Shown: one piece after another, positions 9,694-18,465 of the stretch
Layout: the number at the start of each line of letters is the position of its first letter
How positions within the stretch are numbered: position 1 is the stretch's first letter
Source: Thermodesulfobacteriota bacterium
Lineage (GTDB): Bacteria > Desulfobacterota > Desulfobacteria > Desulfobacterales > UBA11574
Reading direction: 5' to 3'
DNA length: 33,154 nt
NCBI GenBank assembly: GCA_034658755.1
Contig: JAYEFV010000312.1
Coordinates: 1-33,154 of the forward strand
Translations under genes and position numbers: made by a program
Notes under the pieces: model-generated
What the model saw: the letters and a program-made list of their open reading frames with translations, nothing else
Told to the model about the DNA's origin: nothing
The model's database searches: none

Positions 9694-9722
9694 TTGACAA
9701 TGTATATTCACAGCAGTATATT
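9694..9722 (+). promoter_or_regulatory. Sigma-70 promoter for trxA-trxB-bamD
   Basis: TTGACA (9694-9699)-N17-TATATT (9717-9722), near consensus. Confidence 0.7.
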
Positions 9723-9773
9723 TCAATCTGATTTTAATTTTATTAAGAAAAATTTATGAAAGGAAATACTCTT

Positions 9774-10097
9774 ATGGCGAAAGGTATTATGGAAATAGCT
9801 GACAGCAGCTTTGATGAGGAGGTGTTGCGGTCTGAAAAACCGGTATTGGTTGATTTTTGGGCCCCCTGGTGCGGTCCGTGCAGAGCAATAGAACCGCTTG
9901 TTGAAGAGCTTGCAGAGACTTTTGGCGACAAATTCAAATTTACGAGATGTAATGTTGATGAAAACCCGGTTACACCGACTAAATTCGGGATAAAATCTAT
10001 TCCCACCCTTATTTTCTTTAAAGAGGGAAAAGTTCTCGATAAGATTGTCGGTATCGTTCCTAAATCAAAACTCGAAGAAATTATAACTAAGGTTTAA
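9774..10097 (+). CDS. trxA: Thioredoxin
   Basis: VDFWAPWCGPC active site, SIPTL cis-Pro motif. ATG 9774 follows AAGGA; 9756 is an alternative start. Confidence 0.96.
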   Translation: MAKGIMEIADSSFDEEVLRSEKPVLVDFWAPWCGPCRAIEPLVEELAETFGDKFKFTRCNVDENPVTPTKFGIKSIPTLIFFKEGKVLDKIVGIVPKSKLEEIITKV

Positions 10098-10111
10098 CAG
10101 GAAAATATGCA

Positions 10112-11041
10112 ATGAAAAGCGTGGATTACGAGCTTGTCATTATCGGCGGTGGCCCTGCTGGGCTCACCGCCGGTCTTTATGCGGCACGGGGCGGATTAAA
10201 TGTAATTCTGATCGAAAAGATTGTGCCCGGCGGGCAGGTCATGATTAGCGACTGGATTGAAAATTATCCCGGATTTCCGGAAGGACTCAGCGGACCCGAT
10301 CTGGTTCAGAAGATGACCGAGCAGGTAAAACGATTTGATCTGAATATAGAAAACAATGAGGTCGTTTCCGTAGATTTTTCCGAACCGGTTAAGCAAATCA
10401 CCTTAAACGACAAAACCATCACAAGTCATACAATAATTATAGCAACCGGTGCTTCACCAAAAAAGCTGGGTGTTCCCGGAGAAGATATTTTTTACGGCAA
10501 AGGCATCTCTTCATGTGCCACCTGTGATGGTCCGTTTTTCAAAGACAGTGTCGTTGCTGCTGTGGGCGGCGGCGATACCGCTGTACAGGAAAGTTTGTTT
10601 CTAACCAAATTTGTAAAAAAAGTATACCTCATTCATCGGAGAGACAAACTGCGTGCTGCGGCAATTCTTCAGAAACGTGCATTGGCAAATGAAAAAATAG
10701 AAATGATATGGGATTCTGTGTTGACCGATATCAGCGGTTTAACTACTGTTGAAAATATTACCGTGCAAAATGTCAAAACAGGTGATAAAACACAACTTTC
10801 CGTTGATGGATGCTTTGTATGGGTAGGTACAATTCCCAACACTCAATTCCTGGCAAATAGTGTAAAACTGGATGAACACGGTTTTATTATTGCAGGTTTA
10901 GATGCGGAGACATCCGTGCCCGGAGTATTTGCCGCAGGTGATGTCAGAAATACCCCTTTGCGCCAGATCGCAACGGCGGTTGGCGACGGCGCCATCGCAG
11001 CTATTTCTGCAGAAAATTATATTGAAAACGTAAAAAAATGA
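10112..11041 (+). CDS. trxB: Thioredoxin-disulfide reductase
   Basis: GGGPAG, IENYPGF, CATCDG redox motif, GGGDTA, HRRD, GVFAAGD. Confidence 0.96.
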   Translation: MKSVDYELVIIGGGPAGLTAGLYAARGGLNVILIEKIVPGGQVMISDWIENYPGFPEGLSGPDLVQKMTEQVKRFDLNIENNEVVSVDFSEPVKQITLNDKTITSHTIIIATGASPKKLGVPGEDIFYGKGISSCATCDGPFFKDSVVAAVGGGDTAVQESLFLTKFVKKVYLIHRRDKLRAAAILQKRALANEKIEMIWDSVLTDISGLTTVENITVQNVKTGDKTQLSVDGCFVWVGTIPNTQFLANSVKLDEHGFIIAGLDAETSVPGVFAAGDVRNTPLRQIATAVGDGAIAAISAENYIENVKK

Positions 11042-11706
11042 AACGTATCATAGTGTTCGGCCTCATTTCGTTGTTTTTAGTTTCGGGTTGTGCATGGTTC
11101 AAGACCAAAGAAGAAAAAACGGCACAGGAACTTGTAAGGGATGGAATGGATCAATTCAACCGCGGAAGATATAAGGAATCGATAGCATCCTTTGAGAAAC
11201 TCAAAGACTGGTATCCTTTCAGTAAATTTGTGCCTTTTGCGGAATTGAAAATAGCCGATGCCAATTATAATATTGAAGAGTATGAAGAAGCGGTCGCAGC
11301 ATATGAAGAGTTTGAAAGTCTTCATCCCCGTAATGAAGCCATACCCTATGTTATATATAAGACCGGGCTCTGTTATTTTAAGCAGATAGATACTATCGAC
11401 AGAGATCAGACCACGGCTAAAAAGGCGCTTAATACGTTCAATCGTCTTAAAAAACAGTTTCCGAAAGATTCATATACCATCAAAGCCGAAGAACATATAA
11501 AAAAATGTCTGGAAAGCCTTACCGGGCATGAACTTTATGTTGGACTTTTTTATTTAAAGAGCAAACATTACAAAGCCGCTTTACATCGGTTCAAGTCAAT
11601 TCTGACTAATTACTCTGATGTGGGCGTCCACCAAATGGCTTTGCAACATATTGCCACCTGTGAGAAATTACTAAAAGAACAGGAAGGAGAAACGGCCTCT
11701 CAATAG
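11038..11706 (+). CDS. bamD: Outer membrane protein assembly lipoprotein BamD (ComL/YfiO)
   Basis: Lipobox LVSGC, TPR repeats, YPFS, LHP.N, DRDQ, HELYVG.FY; ATGA overlap with trxB. Confidence 0.9.
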   Translation: MKRIIVFGLISLFLVSGCAWFKTKEEKTAQELVRDGMDQFNRGRYKESIASFEKLKDWYPFSKFVPFAELKIADANYNIEEYEEAVAAYEEFESLHPRNEAIPYVIYKTGLCYFKQIDTIDRDQTTAKKALNTFNRLKKQFPKDSYTIKAEEHIKKCLESLTGHELYVGLFYLKSKHYKAALHRFKSILTNYSDVGVHQMALQHIATCEKLLKEQEGETASQ

Positions 11707-11802
11707 AAAATAAACTCAATGCAGACGTTAGGAAAAATGCTTTACATCCTGCTTATGAAGATGTATTTAACCCAGTCCAGAAAGATATAAGGAGAAATAA
11801 TA

Positions 11803-11994
11803 ATGGCCAAAATGTGTGAAATATGCAAAAAAAAACCGCTTTTTGGAAATAATATAAGCCACGCCCACAATGTGACAAAACGTCGATTCAATCCAAACCT
11901 TCAGCGGGTGCGGACAGTGTATAAGGGCAGGGTCAAAAGGATAATGGTCTGCACCAACTGTATAAAATCAGGTCATATTGTTAAAGCGCCCTAG
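11803..11994 (+). CDS. rpmB: 50S ribosomal protein L28 (Cys-containing form)
   Basis: CEIC..., [24 protein letters not shown]; AAGGAG RBS. Confidence 0.96.
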   Translation: MAKMCEICKKKPLFGNNISHAHNVTKRRFNPNLQRVRTVYKGRVKRIMVCTNCIKSGHIVKAP

Positions 11995-12034
11995 TGCTCG
12001 GACAGGGCGAAGCCCCTAAGTTCCAATTAAGGAG

Positions 12035-14182
12035 CTACGCGTCTATCCTCTTTACTTCTTGTATGTGTTTTATCTTCCTGATGGCCGATAGAACTCTTTT
12101 TAGATGTTCGGTATTTTTAACGGCTATGGTAAAATTGATGTCAACGATTTTACTCTCCCGTGTTTCCGTATGCGCGCTTAGTATATTCGAATCATTTTTG
12201 CTGATGTTGGAAGTAATATCAGCCAGCAAACCGACTCTGTCGTAAGATCGAATTCGAATTTTTACGGGATATGTATCTGCAACATCTATATTCCACTCCA
12301 CGTCTATTTGCCGTTCGGGGCTCATTTTCAGGGCGTTGACACAACTGGTCCTGTGAACGGTAACTCCGTAACCCCTGGTGATATAGCCTGTAATCGGATC
12401 TCCGGGAACCGGCTGGCAGCACTTGCCAAACCTTATCAGGATATCATCAACACCCTTTACAACCACACCTTCGCTAGGCTTTTTCTTTCGTACACGGCTT
12501 ACGATTTTGTTAAAGAGCGATTCGTGTTCTTTTTCCTCCTCGGGTTTGGGAGTAATTTTTCGTACGAGCTGCAAAGGGGTAATTTTACCGTAACCGACAC
12601 TTGCAATCAGATCATCGATATGCTTAAAGCCAAAATGCTCAACAACCTTATCCATCTCTTCTGATTTCAAAAGCTTGTTAAAATTAAGGCGATATTTGCG
12701 AAAAGCCTTTTCGCACATCTCCCGGCCAAGAGAAATGCTCCGTTCTTTTTCCTGGATTTTGATCCACTGTCTTATTCTGGAACGGGCCTTTACTGTCTTG
12801 ACAAAATTCAACCAGTCCTTGCTCGGATGGCCTTTCTTTGATGTAAAAATTTCAACAGTGTCTCCTGTTTTTAATTCATATGGAAGGGGAACAATACGGC
12901 CGTTTACTTTGGCTCCGGCGCACTGATTTCCGACTTCTGTATGAATTAAAAAAGCGAAATCGACAGGTGTGGCGCCTCTGGGTAAGGATTTTATTTCTCC
13001 TCGAGGAGTATAAACGTAAACTTCATCAGGAAAGAGATCGATTCGAACATTTTCCAGAAATTCATCCGGATCTCTGAAATCTTCCTGGTGTTCCACAAGG
13101 TTTTGAATCCAGGAAAATGTTTTGTTCATCTTTTCATCAAAACGGCGACCTTCCTTGTAGCTCCAGTGAGCGGCGATGCCGGATTTGGCGACCTTATCCA
13201 TTTCTCGGGTCCGTATCTGTATCTCTATTCGTTCACCAAAAGGCCCAATAACTGTTGTGTGTAAGGATTGGTACATATTGGCTTTTGGAACGCCGATATA
13301 ATCTTTGAACTTTTTGGCAACCGGTTTCCAAAGGGAATGTATCAAACCAAGAACTTCATAGCACTGAGGTATGGTATCGAGGATTATCCTGAAGGCAATT
13401 ATATCGTACACTTCTTCAAATTCAAGGTTCTGGGAAAACATTTTTTTATTGATGCTGTAAAAATACTTGTATCTTCCCAGAACTTCGCATTTCAAATTGT
13501 GCTCATCCATTTTTTTCTTAATGAAGCTTTTAACGGTTTCGATATATTTTTCGCCTTCTTCCCTGTCTTGGTTGACATAATTTTCTATTTTAGAATATTC
13601 TTCAGGTTGAAGATACATAAAAGAGGTGTCTTCCAGCTCCTTTTTTATCCAGTAAATACCAAGACGGGCTGCAATAGGAGCATAGATATCAATGGTTTCC
13701 TGCGCTATTTTTCTCCTTTTTTTCTCCGAGTGAAACTCAAGTGTCCTCATATTGTGAAGCCGGTCCGCAAGTTTGATCAGTATGACCCGGATATCGTCCG
13801 CCATGGCAAGAATCATCTTTCTGATACTTTCGGCCTGGCGTGCCTGAGAACTGCTGCTAAAGGGAAGAGCACTCAGCTTGGTTACTCCCGAGACGATATG
13901 AGTAATTTCCTCGCCGAACATTGCATTTATTTCTTCCGGGGTGGCATGGGTATCTTCGATCACATCGTGCAACAGGCCGGATGCAACGCTGATCACATCG
14001 AGTTTCATATCAGCCAGAATGCCGGCGACTTCCAGGGGATGAGAAAGATAGGGTTCTCCGGACAGACGGACCTGACCATCGTGGACCCTGGCCGAGTAAA
14101 TATAGGCACGGTCTATGATGTCCAGATCCGCATCCGGATAATATCCGGTAATTTTATCGATTATGTCATTGATACGGATCAT
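12035..14182 (-). CDS. rel: Bifunctional (p)ppGpp synthetase/hydrolase (Rel/SpoT)
   Basis: Intact HD domain (HDGQ.R.SGEPY..HP, LLHDVIED), synthetase (KFKDY, YQSLHTT, EIQIRT), TGS, CC/zinc-finger (KCCQPVPGD) and ACT domains. Confidence 0.96.
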   Translation of the reverse strand: MIRINDIIDKITGYYPDADLDIIDRAYIYSARVHDGQVRLSGEPYLSHPLEVAGILADMKLDVISVASGLLHDVIEDTHATPEEINAMFGEEITHIVSGVTKLSALPFSSSSQARQAESIRKMILAMADDIRVILIKLADRLHNMRTLEFHSEKKRRKIAQETIDIYAPIAARLGIYWIKKELEDTSFMYLQPEEYSKIENYVNQDREEGEKYIETVKSFIKKKMDEHNLKCEVLGRYKYFYSINKKMFSQNLEFEEVYDIIAFRIILDTIPQCYEVLGLIHSLWKPVAKKFKDYIGVPKANMYQSLHTTVIGPFGERIEIQIRTREMDKVAKSGIAAHWSYKEGRRFDEKMNKTFSWIQNLVEHQEDFRDPDEFLENVRIDLFPDEVYVYTPRGEIKSLPRGATPVDFAFLIHTEVGNQCAGAKVNGRIVPLPYELKTGDTVEIFTSKKGHPSKDWLNFVKTVKARSRIRQWIKIQEKERSISLGREMCEKAFRKYRLNFNKLLKSEEMDKVVEHFGFKHIDDLIASVGYGKITPLQLVRKITPKPEEEKEHESLFNKIVSRVRKKKPSEGVVVKGVDDILIRFGKCCQPVPGDPITGYITRGYGVTVHRTSCVNALKMSPERQIDVEWNIDVADTYPVKIRIRSYDRVGLLADITSNISKNDSNILSAHTETRESKIVDINFTIAVKNTEHLKRVLSAIRKIKHIQEVKRIDA

Positions 14183-14188
14183 CGAAGA

Positions 14189-15709
14189 TTAATATGCCTT
14201 TGCAAATACCACCCGCCCGTTGCTCGGTCCGCCACAATATATACACTTACCTTTTTCCGATGGGCCGGACAGCGGGATGCATCTAATGGTCACACGGAGA
14301 TCTTCTTTTATTTTCGTTTCGCAACGATCTTGCCCACACCAGTGTGACAATGCGAATCCCCCATGAATTTCAGGCTGTTCATGGTTTTCCGGTGTGAAAA
14401 ATTTGTAAAATTCTTTTTTATCGTCCAGGGTTATGGAATGTGTTTTTCTCAACAACAGGGCACGCTCAAAAAGAGTTTGCTGTATTTCATCCAGGATATG
14501 TGTTATTTCTCCAACAAAACGATCCCTTTTAATCGATGCTCTTTCTCTGTGCCCCTTATCTCTCCTTCCAACATATACAGAGTTATCGGCGATGTCTCTG
14601 GGACCGATTTCAACCCGCACCGGTATTCCTTTTTTAATCCATTCCCATCCTCTGGCGCCCCCGATCTCGCGATCGTCAATTTCCACTTCAAGACAGCGGT
14701 GGTGGTAAAATTTATCTTTCAGTTCTTTTGCCAGGTTCTCAACATAGGTCATAACGGTCATCCTGTCCTCAGGTTTTCGGATTATGGGCATCAGAACTAC
14801 ATGTGATGATGCAACCCTGGGAGGAAGAATGATACCATCATCATCACCATGGGTCATTATGAGTCCGCCGATAAGGCGAGTGGATGCTCCCCATGAAGTG
14901 GTCCAGGCATATTCCTCTTTTTCTACGGAAGATTGGAACTTTATTTCAGAAGCTTTGGCAAAATTCTGCCCCAAAAAATGGGAGGTGCCGGCCTGGAGTC
15001 CTTTTCTGTCCTGCATCATTGCTTCGATGCACAAGGTGTCTACTGCTCCGGGAAATCTTTCTGAGGCTGTTTTTCTCCCCTTGATTACCGGCATGGCCAG
15101 GTGTTTTTCGGCAAGCCTGGAATAAACATCGAGCATAAGTTGAGTCCGTTCAACGGCTTCTTCTGCTGTGGCATGGACCGTGTGTCCTTCTTGCCACAGA
15201 AATTCACTGGTCCGTAAAAATACACGGGTTCGCATCTCCCATCTGACAACATTTGCCCATTGGTTTATAAGGAGCGGAAGATCGCGATAACTTGAAACCC
15301 ACTTGGAAAATGAATCTCCAATTATGGTTTCAGAAGTCGGTCGTACAATTAAAGGCTCATTGAGCATTCCTGCAGGCTCAAGACCACCGTTGAGCCCTTT
15401 TTCAAGTCTGTGATGTGTAACAATTGCACATTCCTTTGCAAAGCCTTCCACATGTTCAGCTTCTTTTTCAAGAAAAGAAAGTGGTATAAAAAGAGGGAAA
15501 TACGCATTTTTAACCCCTGTCTCCTTGAACATATCATTGAGTATGCGCATTATATTTTCCCACAGGGCATACCCCCAGGGTTTTATCACCATACATCCTC
15601 TCACGGGAGATTGGTCTGCCATTTGAGATGCCTTGACCACCTGCTGGTACCATTCAGGATAATCTTCAACTCGAGTAGGTGTTATCGCAGTCTTGTTTTG
15701 TTTTCCCAT
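14189..15709 (-). CDS. proS: Proline--tRNA ligase, archaeal/eukaryote-type
   Basis: KEAEHVEGFAKE, RPTSET, QWANVVRWE..TR.FLRTSEFLWQEGHT, GTSHFLGQNF, C-terminal Cys-rich domain ending VFAKAY; no INS editing domain. Confidence 0.96.
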   Translation of the reverse strand: MGKQNKTAITPTRVEDYPEWYQQVVKASQMADQSPVRGCMVIKPWGYALWENIMRILNDMFKETGVKNAYFPLFIPLSFLEKEAEHVEGFAKECAIVTHHRLEKGLNGGLEPAGMLNEPLIVRPTSETIIGDSFSKWVSSYRDLPLLINQWANVVRWEMRTRVFLRTSEFLWQEGHTVHATAEEAVERTQLMLDVYSRLAEKHLAMPVIKGRKTASERFPGAVDTLCIEAMMQDRKGLQAGTSHFLGQNFAKASEIKFQSSVEKEEYAWTTSWGASTRLIGGLIMTHGDDDGIILPPRVASSHVVLMPIIRKPEDRMTVMTYVENLAKELKDKFYHHRCLEVEIDDREIGGARGWEWIKKGIPVRVEIGPRDIADNSVYVGRRDKGHRERASIKRDRFVGEITHILDEIQQTLFERALLLRKTHSITLDDKKEFYKFFTPENHEQPEIHGGFALSHWCGQDRCETKIKEDLRVTIRCIPLSGPSEKGKCIYCGGPSNGRVVFAKAY

Positions 15710-16788
15710 TCTGAATTCCTATAATTATTAAATTTTTCAATTTCAGCCAGTAAAACCTCAACAAGTTTCTCTTCCGGAAATTTTTTTATCACCTTGCCCT
15801 TCTTGAACAGAATCCCTGTGCCATCGCCGCCGGCAATACCGATATCAGCCTCCTTGGCTTCTCCCGGCCCGTTTACAACGCAGCCCATGATGGCAAGTTT
15901 AATCGGCAAGGGGTTTAACAATAAAGCCTTTTCAATACGTTCCACAATATTAAAGAGATCGATTTTACATCGTCCGCAGGTCGGGCATGATATAATGTCG
16001 GGCCCATACCGTCGGATATCAAGCGCTTTCAGAATTTCATATCCAACCCTAACCTCTTCAACCGGATCCCGTGTTAAAGAAACACGGATCGTATCTCCGA
16101 TACCGTCTGCAAGGAGCATTCCTATTCCCAGGGACGACTTGACGATTCCTGAATAAAGCCCTCCCGCCTCTGTTACACCCACATGAAGCGGCAAATCGGT
16201 TTTTGAGGAAAGGAGCCTGTAAGCCTCTACGGTACGATGTACATCAGAGGCCTTGATCGAGATTTTTATATTGTGAAAATCCAATGACTTTATTAAATCA
16301 ATATGCCGCATGGCACTTTCAACCATGGCTTCTGCACTTGCCACATGATATTTCTTCAGGATGTTTTTTTCAAGGGAGCCCGAATTAACTCCGATTCTAA
16401 TCGGGACATTAAAAGTCTTTGCGCAGTCAACAACCGCTTTTATTTTTTTATTACTACCGATATTACCGGGATTTAGCCTCAACCCGTCAGCACCTGCCTT
16501 TACCGCGGCTATGGCCAGGCGGTAGTCAAAATGTATGTCAGCTATTATCGGAATAGATACTTTTCCCTTAATTAAAGAAATTGCCTCAGCAGCCTCCTGG
16601 TCAGGCACGGCCACCCTTACAATTTCACATCCAGCCGTTTCCAGGCGCTGAATTTGTGAAACAGTGGCCGGAACATCTTGAGTAAATGTATTTGTCATGG
16701 ACTGGACCGCAACAGGAGCATTGCCGCCAACCGTTACATTTCCGACCTTAATTGGGCATGTATTTTTGCGTTTTATTAAAAAAGGCAT
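15682..16788 (-). CDS. ispG: 4-hydroxy-3-methylbut-2-en-1-yl diphosphate synthase
   Basis: VQSMTNT, ADIHFDY, RLNPGNIG, RIGVNSGSL, HVGVTEAG, CPTCGRC, MGCVVNGPGE. Confidence 0.97.
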   Translation of the reverse strand: MPFLIKRKNTCPIKVGNVTVGGNAPVAVQSMTNTFTQDVPATVSQIQRLETAGCEIVRVAVPDQEAAEAISLIKGKVSIPIIADIHFDYRLAIAAVKAGADGLRLNPGNIGSNKKIKAVVDCAKTFNVPIRIGVNSGSLEKNILKKYHVASAEAMVESAMRHIDLIKSLDFHNIKISIKASDVHRTVEAYRLLSSKTDLPLHVGVTEAGGLYSGIVKSSLGIGMLLADGIGDTIRVSLTRDPVEEVRVGYEILKALDIRRYGPDIISCPTCGRCKIDLFNIVERIEKALLLNPLPIKLAIMGCVVNGPGEAKEADIGIAGGDGTGILFKKGKVIKKFPEEKLVEVLLAEIEKFNNYRNSEWENKTRLR

Positions 16789-16923
16789 AATCGTTTGTTA
16801 TTAAAATTTAGTTTTTATTAATTTTTAGCAGGACATATAATTAGCAGACAGATCTTTTAAGTTCAAGAAAAATACATATTTTGTATTTGGCTTATAAAAA
16901 ATATGGTAGTATAAAAACTTACA

Positions 16924-17135
16924 GGCTTCGCCCAAATTGGCCTCCGGCCCGGAGGGAATGTTGGAATACCGGAATGATGGTCCGCATTTTTGCGACGGAC
17001 CTGTGAGGAGAATTTGTGATTGAAATGTTCCAGATATAATCGTTTTATGATTAGGAGCCTATAATTACGGTCCGGGGCTTTGCAAAATGGGAAAGTGGGT
17101 TGTTGATAAAATTCATCTTGACAAGGAAGTCAAAA
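16924..17135. repeat. Interrupted copy of the TGGAAT-type repeat element
   Basis: GCTTCGCCCAAATTGG...GAATGTTGGAATACCGGAATGATGG aligns with GCTTCGCTCACAATTGGGATGTTGGAATACTGGAATGCTGG (28901-28941). It contains palindrome CCTCCGG-C-CCGGAGG (16941-16955) and a ~90-bp insert bounded by GGTCCG direct repeats. Confidence 0.65.
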
Positions 17136-17200
17136 TATTCATAGGCGACTCAATTGTTTTGTAAAATTTCCGCGACATAAATTATAAAAGGAGAAATGTA

Positions 17201-17635
17201 ATGGACCGGCAAAATGGTAAAAGATTTGTGGTAAAACACGGGCCGGATGCAAAACCGGACAGTTTAATTAAAAATGAAATTTTAAAAAGGACTAATAAAA
17301 ACGAAATTTCTTGTGCGGTTGCTTTTGAAATAGCAAAAGAGCTGCAAGTGTCAGCAGATGCGGTGGGTATGACCGTTGACCTGATGAATTATAGGCTGGT
17401 AAAATGCCAACTGGGATTGTTTGGGTATCAGCCAAAAAAAAAGATTGTGAAGCCTCAAAATACGGTAACTGAGGATTTAAAAAATACCATTTCTGACGCG
17501 TTGGTCCAGGGAAGACTCACATGCAAGAGCGCATGGGATATCGCATCCCGATTTAAAATGCACAAAATGAAAGTCAGCGGTGCCTGCGAAGGCATTGGGA
17601 TCAAGATAAAACACTGCCAGCTGGGAGCGTTTTAG
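17201..17635 (+). CDS. Hypothetical protein with two tandem C-x30-CQLG(L/A)F domains
   Basis: AAGGAG RBS; internal duplication ISCAVAFEIA...CQLGLF / LTCKSAWDIA...CQLGAF. Confidence 0.8.
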   Translation: MDRQNGKRFVVKHGPDAKPDSLIKNEILKRTNKNEISCAVAFEIAKELQVSADAVGMTVDLMNYRLVKCQLGLFGYQPKKKIVKPQNTVTEDLKNTISDALVQGRLTCKSAWDIASRFKMHKMKVSGACEGIGIKIKHCQLGAF

Positions 17636-17667
17636 TTCGAGTTTTTGACCCGATTCTATTATATTCC

Positions 17668-17681
17668 GTCAATTTTCTGAC
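17668..17681. promoter_or_regulatory. Putative enhancer (UAS) for a sigma-54 activator
   Basis: GTCA-N6-TGAC palindrome ~100 bp upstream of the -24/-12 element. Confidence 0.4.
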
Positions 17682-17777
17682 ACATCGTTGAGTTTCTGAT
17701 AAAGGAGTTATGTCAAAACTTTTTTTGGAGCCACAGCTAAGCAGCATAACTATTTATAGTTATTGATATAAAGTTTT

Positions 17778-17794
17778 TTGGCACAAAAAGTGCT
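17778..17794 (+). promoter_or_regulatory. Sigma-54 (-24/-12) promoter upstream of the PilZ gene
   Basis: TTGGCACAAAAAGTGCT versus consensus YTGGCACGRNNNTTGCW, with exact GG-N10-GC spacing. Confidence 0.7.
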
Positions 17795-17899
17795 GTAATT
17801 GTAATGAGGGGTCGGGGAGTTGTTTCGATTCAATAGCTCCATAAATAATCAGCCACTACATCATACAAACTCATTATATGTGAAAAATAGGATAAATTC

Positions 17900-18358
17900 A
17901 TGAAAACTGTTTATGTTAACTATGCCAATCAAGCAACGATAATCTGTCCCAAATGCGCCTTGACGAAAGAGATAGATATGACGAATTTCAAGAATACTCA
18001 AAAGAGCCTGAAGGGCAAATGCCGATGTGGCGAGGTTTTTCGGTTTACCATCGAATTTCGAAAAAATTACCGCAAGAAAGTCAGACTCGCAGGCGAATAC
18101 CGTATTAAAGGAAAAGAAAAAAAAGGAGAAATAATCGTTGAAGACCTTTCAATGAATGGAATCCGGTTTGTAAATATGGGATCACACCAAATTTCGATAG
18201 ATGATACGTTGGAAGTCAAATTTAAGTTAGATAACCAAATGAGATCAGAAATCAACAAACTCGTTAAGGTGATATGGGTGAAAGATAAAATTGTCGGTGC
18301 AGAATTCAGCGAACCGAAATCATTTAAATCGGAGTTGGGCTTTTATTTGAGAACATAA
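17900..18358 (+). CDS. PilZ-domain c-di-GMP receptor with N-terminal zinc-ribbon-like motif
   Basis: CPKC...CRCG N-terminus; PilZ motifs RKNYR (RxxxR) and DLSMNG (DxSxxG); ends in VIW...VGAEF. Confidence 0.85.
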   Translation: MKTVYVNYANQATIICPKCALTKEIDMTNFKNTQKSLKGKCRCGEVFRFTIEFRKNYRKKVRLAGEYRIKGKEKKGEIIVEDLSMNGIRFVNMGSHQISIDDTLEVKFKLDNQMRSEINKLVKVIWVKDKIVGAEFSEPKSFKSELGFYLRT

Positions 18359-18465
18359 TTATAAAATATTTTTTAAGTTTTTAATAATTGAAGGTTTGAC
18401 ATGTAAGTTGCGGTCAGATATCAATTCAATCAATTCCTAACCCAATTGCTATAAGGAGGTTCAAT

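Noticed and set aside
9774-11041. Selenocysteine recoding in trxA/trxB or other TGA-terminated genes
   Set aside because: Proteins are full-length with Cys active sites; the trxB TGA is an ordinary ATGA overlap with bamD.
12004-12017. GGGC-GAA-GCCC hairpin between convergent rpmB and rel
   Set aside because: Only a 4-bp stem and no U-tract; too weak to call a terminator.
13268-14347. 359-aa + strand ORF
   Set aside because: Antisense shadow of rel and proS; no recognisable motifs or RBS.
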